64,000 bases of DNA from Schizosaccharomyces osmophilus (taxonomy: Eukaryota): positions 1,922,001-1,986,000 of the forward strand of contig NC_079239.1 in NCBI RefSeq assembly GCF_027921745.1, given 5' to 3'. The position numbers and the translations under genes are program-made. Under the pieces are notes generated by a model. The model saw nothing but the letters and a program-made list of their open reading frames with translations, had not been told where the DNA came from and searched no databases. Numbering within the stretch: the stretch's first letter is position 1; each line of letters starts with the position of its first letter. Below are positions 58,527 through 64,000 of the stretch, piece after piece.

Positions 58527-58534
58527 TGTGACTG
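58527..58534. promoter_or_regulatory. Homol-D box upstream of rpl14
   Basis: Exact TGTGACTG about 85 bp upstream of the ATG. Confidence 0.8.
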
Positions 58535-59232
58535 CTTGGAAAGCAAGCCCGAGCAGCCTTTTGCTATTTGATGGACCGTGATGTACAAGAATACGAGTGA
58601 AAACGGAATTGTTATCCTTTCTTTTTTACCTTTTTGTTCTCCCGTTTAATACCACAAATCATCTCACTACTTTTTGTTTACTTAGATACTTCATTCCGGC
58701 TCGCTATTCGACTTTGAAAGGAAAGAAAACAAAAAGCCAGTTTGAATTGGGAAGAATGCGTAAAATGAACATTAGAAATAAATATAGAATTCTCTTCCTT
58801 GGTTTCCTTTTATAGACTACGGTTTAAACTTTTCTCCTTTTTTACGATATTGTATTAGTAATATAAGTTTAGTATGATATCTATCCAAACAGACAACTTG
58901 TGCTGGGCATGAAACGAATGATTGCAAAGGAAGAATATAAGCAAAACGACTTTATTGCTTGTAAACGCATGAAGTAATTTATGCATTACAACCAAGAGTT
59001 ATAGACACTTTGCTCAGTATAACCTTTAGAATAATTGACCTGAAAGGCGAAAAGTAGACAAAGATATAGCTGAGGGTCGTCAGCTCGTGCAAAGAAGCAC
59101 AGTTTTTCTTTTTCTTCCGATTTTTTGCCTTTTTAACGGGAATACGATGCGTATTCCTTAAATTTCCAAATTGTCCAAACTCTTGTAAATTATACACTTA
59201 TTTCTGAAAAGAGGGCTAACTACTTGGACGTA

Positions 59233-59613
59233 ATGAACAAAGAACTGTCATCAGCTTTTCGTTCGCTATGGAGAGTTGGAATGACGGCCGCACTCTCTAC
59301 CAAATTTCCTGGCCATAGATTCGTCTATCGAGATCTCTTACGAGACGCATGTCGAAAGCATGACCCTTCCTACTTTTCTCAAGAGCGTGTCCTTAATACC
59401 GTGATGTTTTTACAAGCAGCATCCTCAAAAGGAACCCTGGAGCATAAACTTATGAAAAACAGATTTCACATCCAAATGTTTCGAAGAAAAGAGGGCAGGC
59501 GATTGGTCCACCTCTCTAGTCCCATGGAACGAGAATATTTTGTATCTGTTTACGACACTTACGAAGCTTGTCTCAAAAAAATTGGCCAAATTTACGATAT
59601 TTACTTACTGTAG
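59233..59613 (+). CDS. Small conserved fungal protein, probably mitochondrial (LYR-like / SPAC806.05-like)
   Basis: Basic helical 126-aa ORF (AFRSLWR, YRDLLRDACR, RVLNTVMFLQAA, LEHKLMKN). The position matches my recollection of SPAC806.05. Confidence 0.65.
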   Translation: MNKELSSAFRSLWRVGMTAALSTKFPGHRFVYRDLLRDACRKHDPSYFSQERVLNTVMFLQAASSKGTLEHKLMKNRFHIQMFRRKEGRRLVHLSSPMEREYFVSVYDTYEACLKKIGQIYDIYLL

Positions 59614-59862
59614 ACTTTAGCTGGGCAAGAAATGAAAATGATGCTCATTTAGCTTGCTTCGACAGTTTCTCGCAAAAGAAAGAACGACCATATAATCATT
59701 TACTAAACCCTCTAATTCAACATTCAGCAAGAAAAGAATACATATTAAAATGCCCGCTTCTACGTATACTGTACAAAGAAAACCTGCCAAGCAGGGATGT
59801 GGTCGTATTGTCCAGAAACCACAAATCCAATGTCTTTTGAAGAAGAGGCCTGTGAAATCAAC

Positions 59863-61044
59863 TTAAGTTTCTATCCGAACAAACGGGGATTGGTAAAATA
59901 TAGCCTTTACGGGCTCAGCATCGCGGTAAAGAGAATGCCTTTCAATGTACTGGATAACAGAGTTTGGAAGAAGGTAACGGATAGACATTCCTCTCCGAAT
60001 AAATAATCGAACCTTCGTGGAAGATATATCATTATAAATTAACTGTTTGATAACCAATACGTTTCCACGGTAAGCAAACAAAAGATCATGAGCAAGTAAA
60101 AAGGCCCAAACATCACTGCCGGTTCGTTCAACAATAACACAACCAAAGTTTCCAAGTATGTGATGCAAATCTGATTCCGACCAAACACCGGGCTCTCCCA
60201 TACTAGCAATCAAATCACCACCAGCCAAAAGCATAATCTTACAAGGACGGCGGGTTCCATCGGACAAACGAATACCTCCTCGCTTCTTGTTGATTTCTTC
60301 GTCAAAATGGTCCAATACTTCTGCAGTTCGAGTATACTTTTTCTGAAGGCTTTCCCATGCATCGACCATCAACCAGCTGGAAGTACGCTCGCAAGCCAAT
60401 TCGCACATACGGACTCGATGATAAGAAGGTGCCAAGCCTTCCTTTTTGTAATCATCATTGACAGGAGAGAAATAACCAGCAATTAATTCCATATTTGTTT
60501 GTTCATGAATGGTATCCGTTGCCATTTCAAACATACGTAAATGGAGATAGGTGATGGGAGAATACGAACCACATGCAACCAAAACGAGAGGGATCTTGCT
60601 TTCATTGATTAAATTTTCGCGGAAACGATGACAAGGGAATGAATAATCATCTAATTGACGAGCCTGGCGGGTGATACCACGAGGAACTTCCTCCAAATCT
60701 ATGACTTCGCCAAAAGGAGCAACGTCACGGCGATCCTGGTGAATGGAAGGACCACCCGTGCTTTGTGGAACCCAAGCACGAGTTACGCTAGGACGACGCA
60801 TACGAGCTTCGTGCTGTTGGGCAGCATGATCACCCAGCCAGTCTTCATCAGCGCTGTATTCCCCGGAGCTCTGACTCTGTTGACTCTGCTTAGTCTTCAA
60901 ATCAGGCTTGTTTTTAGGAGTTGGTGGACGGGTATTTACTGGAGTTTGTTGTGGAGTTTGTTGTGGAGTAGGACCGGGAGTTGGTTTATCGAGCATACTG
61001 GTGGTAGATATTTTTGGCACACCATCCTTGATTGACTTTTCCAT
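59863..61044 (-). CDS. nma1: Nicotinamide/nicotinate mononucleotide adenylyltransferase
   Basis: ACGSYSPITYLHLRMFE, SPVNDDYKKEGL, GGDLIASM and ISSTKVRLFIRRG. First ATG at 61044. Confidence 0.96.
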   Translation of the reverse strand: MEKSIKDGVPKISTTSMLDKPTPGPTPQQTPQQTPVNTRPPTPKNKPDLKTKQSQQSQSSGEYSADEDWLGDHAAQQHEARMRRPSVTRAWVPQSTGGPSIHQDRRDVAPFGEVIDLEEVPRGITRQARQLDDYSFPCHRFRENLINESKIPLVLVACGSYSPITYLHLRMFEMATDTIHEQTNMELIAGYFSPVNDDYKKEGLAPSYHRVRMCELACERTSSWLMVDAWESLQKKYTRTAEVLDHFDEEINKKRGGIRLSDGTRRPCKIMLLAGGDLIASMGEPGVWSESDLHHILGNFGCVIVERTGSDVWAFLLAHDLLFAYRGNVLVIKQLIYNDISSTKVRLFIRRGMSIRYLLPNSVIQYIERHSLYRDAEPVKAIFYQSPFVRIET

Positions 61045-63750
61045 GATGTAGTAAAAAAGAATCGAAATGGTAAGGCAATAAAAGAAGTCGGAAAAAAAAT
61101 CGAGTAAACTGAATTTGTAAACAAACAAGGTTTACAAAAAAAGACAACAACAAAAAAAGAACAAGAGGAGTAAAGAGAAAAAAAACAGTAACTGTGCTTA
61201 ATAAGTGGATTGTGGAAGAAACAGACAAGGAAGTAGAACGGTAGAGCTTGTTGTTTAAAAACGGAGATATCAAAAAAGAATGTAAAAACGGCGAGAAGTG
61301 TACCGCTTGATAAAGCAAAACAGACTCGAAATTTCGACCGTATCGATGGCGATTACAAATCAGAGAATAGATAAAAGCAAAGTATATGGAAATCGGTTGT
61401 AGAGAATGGAGAAAGAAAGATTGAAATAAAAAAGCAAGGAAATTGTTAATCAAATGGAAGACTACGCAAAGCTCCAAACAAAAGCAGGGAATCGGTCGTT
61501 CCTACCTAAGACTCCCAGATTGAAAGCTAGCAAGGCTTGTCTTTGCGACTAATATGTAAGCTGAATACACTTTACTTCGACTCACAATTAACTGCAGCTA
61601 GTCGTTCAATTCGACTCTTTCAGTATGGAATGAGAGCAATGGTGTTTTGTTTGTGATCGCTCGGACGTTGGAGGTCAAACGCGACACGCTATGAGGAATC
61701 TAATAAAAATAAAAGATTCAATTACGCGCCGTTTTTGTTTATATCTTCTTACAATATGACAACGTTGGTCTGTTTAAAAATAAATAAAGGTATGAGGTTA
61801 GAAGAAGAGTTGTTTGCTAAAGAAAGGAGGAATGCCGTTTTTTTGTTTCATTAGGACTAATGTTTGATTACAAACTTTACGGTACTAATGATGTGTACTT
61901 TTATCATCGGTTTACGTATTTTATTATACTACGCTACAAAATATAATGAACGTTAATAAAGTTGCAGTATATAACCTATATAATAGTATAGGATCATAGG
62001 ATTATTATTGCTTCACACTTGTATAATACTTAATTCCCTCTACTCGACAAGGAAGGAGGGGTTTTCTCATTATAGTATGCGAAAATGCGATCGTTTAATA
62101 GAGAAATGCCTCTTTTAGAAAATATGACACTGCTGAAGTCCTGCTAGGGGAAGTGTAAGCTGTAGAATTAAAACAAACAAATTACTTTCTGTATAATTCT
62201 ATCGCAAAGAACTTTTACGGATGACCCAGGAGTGAATTTAGTTTCGATTCGATTCAAGTTTGCTTTTGGGTTTTTTCCCAAGCATGGATGGAGGTAATTG
62301 ACTTTTTCAAATTGGAGAACAGTACGAAAAGCAATATCCTTCTTTAATATAAATTCAAAATTTGCGCAAGCGTTGACGAGAATAGACAGCCTCAAGATTC
62401 AGAATCTTCGCAGACTGCTCGTAGGAAAAAGCCCATTAAATAAAAATTCCAAAAATATATAAAAGGATTGAGTTGTATGTATTGTTATTGAATCCATTTT
62501 TCAGCACTTCGATCCCTGATTTATGTGAATCAAGGTCCCCCAAAAATCCTATATCAGACGAATAAAGACTTGATAATTCACAGCTCTACGCACAGATTCG
62601 TAACAAAATACATTTTTGAAAATTGAGTGTGCTTGAAGTCCCCATGATATTCCCCAGATGCATATTTGCTAGGTTACCAAAGGCAATGAATCAGTATCCA
62701 CGTCTCAAGTCCATTTTGAATGCCAACACAAAAATGACGAATCCAGTGAAAACAAGAAAGCAATACTTCCTATAGAGATTTTGTACAGGAAAAATCCTGT
62801 TGGCACAGTTCAAATCTTGTTTGAAAAACCACTGTCAATATCATGAGTCCTTGTTTATGAGCATGGCACAAGTCAAATAATGGATCAACAGAAGTAAACA
62901 ATCCGTAAGCCATTCAACTTTTCATCTTTAGGTATGATCAACGAAGGATGGAAATAACAAAGGATATAAATTTTGCGACTGATTTTTCGTTCGAAGCTCT
63001 TACGTTCTGGTTTCATATCACCACAGGCCCGACTTTACGATTCCTTTGACAAATCAAAGTGTGAATTACTCAATTTCATAATCAATTCAATCTTCTAACA
63101 CAGGCTGGAACTGTGCTTTCTCCTGTCCATTTGACGAAAGCGTTCTTCAGTATCTTTGTTGCAAAAATGACTTGACGGGGTCAATTAGACACAATAAGAA
63201 ATCATTAGCTTCGTCAATAGAAAGAATAAATTGTCCTATATAGAAAAGAATTTATGCTCATAGAAAAGAAACGCATTCTTTTCCATTTGAGACCCAAAGT
63301 TCTCTACACAATCTTCCAAGCACAGACTGGCGATACTATGTAGACTATGGATCCCTTAACCATTCATAAATTGTGTAGTTCATTTAGAAGACATTAGAAC
63401 CTATGGTAACATCCTCACTTTCCGGAAGACAGACGTATCCTTTTTCTTCGTAAAACACCATCCTCATACGTTACAAAAATAAAAAGAAAGCTTGTATTCA
63501 CCTATATTAGAGTGATAAAACGATTTAAAGTAGAAATGTCCCTTAAAACTCAACCCCATAACTTAGGTGGACGTCCCATCAAGCGTACAAGGTTCTTGTC
63601 AATGTATAGAATTTTTTTATTTCTTTTTTTCTGTTTTATTCATTGAAAACCTTGAAAACATTCATAATGTGAAATTCTAGGAGGAACCGCGACTCTGAAC
63701 TTGAAGAGAACATACACGGTCGTTCTTCTGAAAATACCATAATACTCAAC

Positions 63751-64000
63751 ATGGCGGAGGAAATCATGGATGACCTTGAATTTACGACTTCAGAAGATGT
63801 GAAAGCAGCTTCTTCTTGTAAGTAGAATAAAATTGACCATTTATCGCTAATACAATTGTCTAGTCGAAGAGATGAATCTCAAAGGTTCGTATAAAACTCG
63901 ACGATTCCACTTTATAAGAAATAAAGAAATCAGAGTCAGTTTCTTTGGCTTGATATACTAACATTTCATCAGAGGATTTACTACGTGGAATCTATGCTTA
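63751..64000 (+). CDS. fal1: DEAD-box helicase eIF4A-III/Fal1, 5' part only; exons 63751-63817, 63864-63884, 63973-64000 (runs off the window)
   Basis: Manual splicing gives MAEEIMDDLEFTTSEDVKAASSFEEMNLKEDLLRGIYA.., the eIF4A-family Q motif. The N-terminus fits eIF4A-III better than eIF4A-I. Confidence 0.85.

Noticed and set aside
60986..61477. 163-aa ORF upstream of nma1
   Set aside because: Non-ATG start and Phe/Leu/Ser-rich composition typical of a pyrimidine-rich 5' leader.
1..64000. Tf-type LTRs, 5S rDNA or wtf genes, CRISPR arrays
   Set aside because: By eye I found no LTR-like direct repeats, 5S sequence, wtf-like exon structure or spaced repeat arrays; short degenerate LTRs could have been missed.

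Overview
Fission-yeast (Schizosaccharomyces) nuclear DNA, not S. pombe itself; the octosporus/cryophilus/osmophilus group is likely but the species cannot be fixed from this window. Gene order follows my recollection of the S. pombe chromosome I left-arm cosmids SPAC13G6, SPAC24B11, SPAC806 and SPAC1F5: gpi7, tim8, trs33, gcv2, rps6, fzr2, tsr4, asl1, erg12, chs1, aps1, rcn1, a HAD nucleotidase, sty1, a ketopantoate-reductase-like gene, erv46, mpc2, cfh1, sid2, dnf2, hem3, the Cfd1-Cia1 fusion, rps26, rpl14, a small conserved ORF, nma1 and the 5' end of fal1. I reconstructed introns by hand from GT..CTRAY..YAG signals. I found no tRNA, rRNA, transposon or CRISPR array. The most interesting observations are: (1) a trs33 intron whose branch point lies about 125 nt from the 3' splice site, bridged by a long hairpin that covers a ladder of in-frame alternative acceptors; (2) a multi-helix RNA in tim8 intron 2; (3) an E-to-K change in the EDR catalytic motif of chs1; (4) a divergent-looking rpl14 beside rps26; (5) a full-length MFS transporter pseudogene; (6) a decayed coding-like region between nma1 and fal1.
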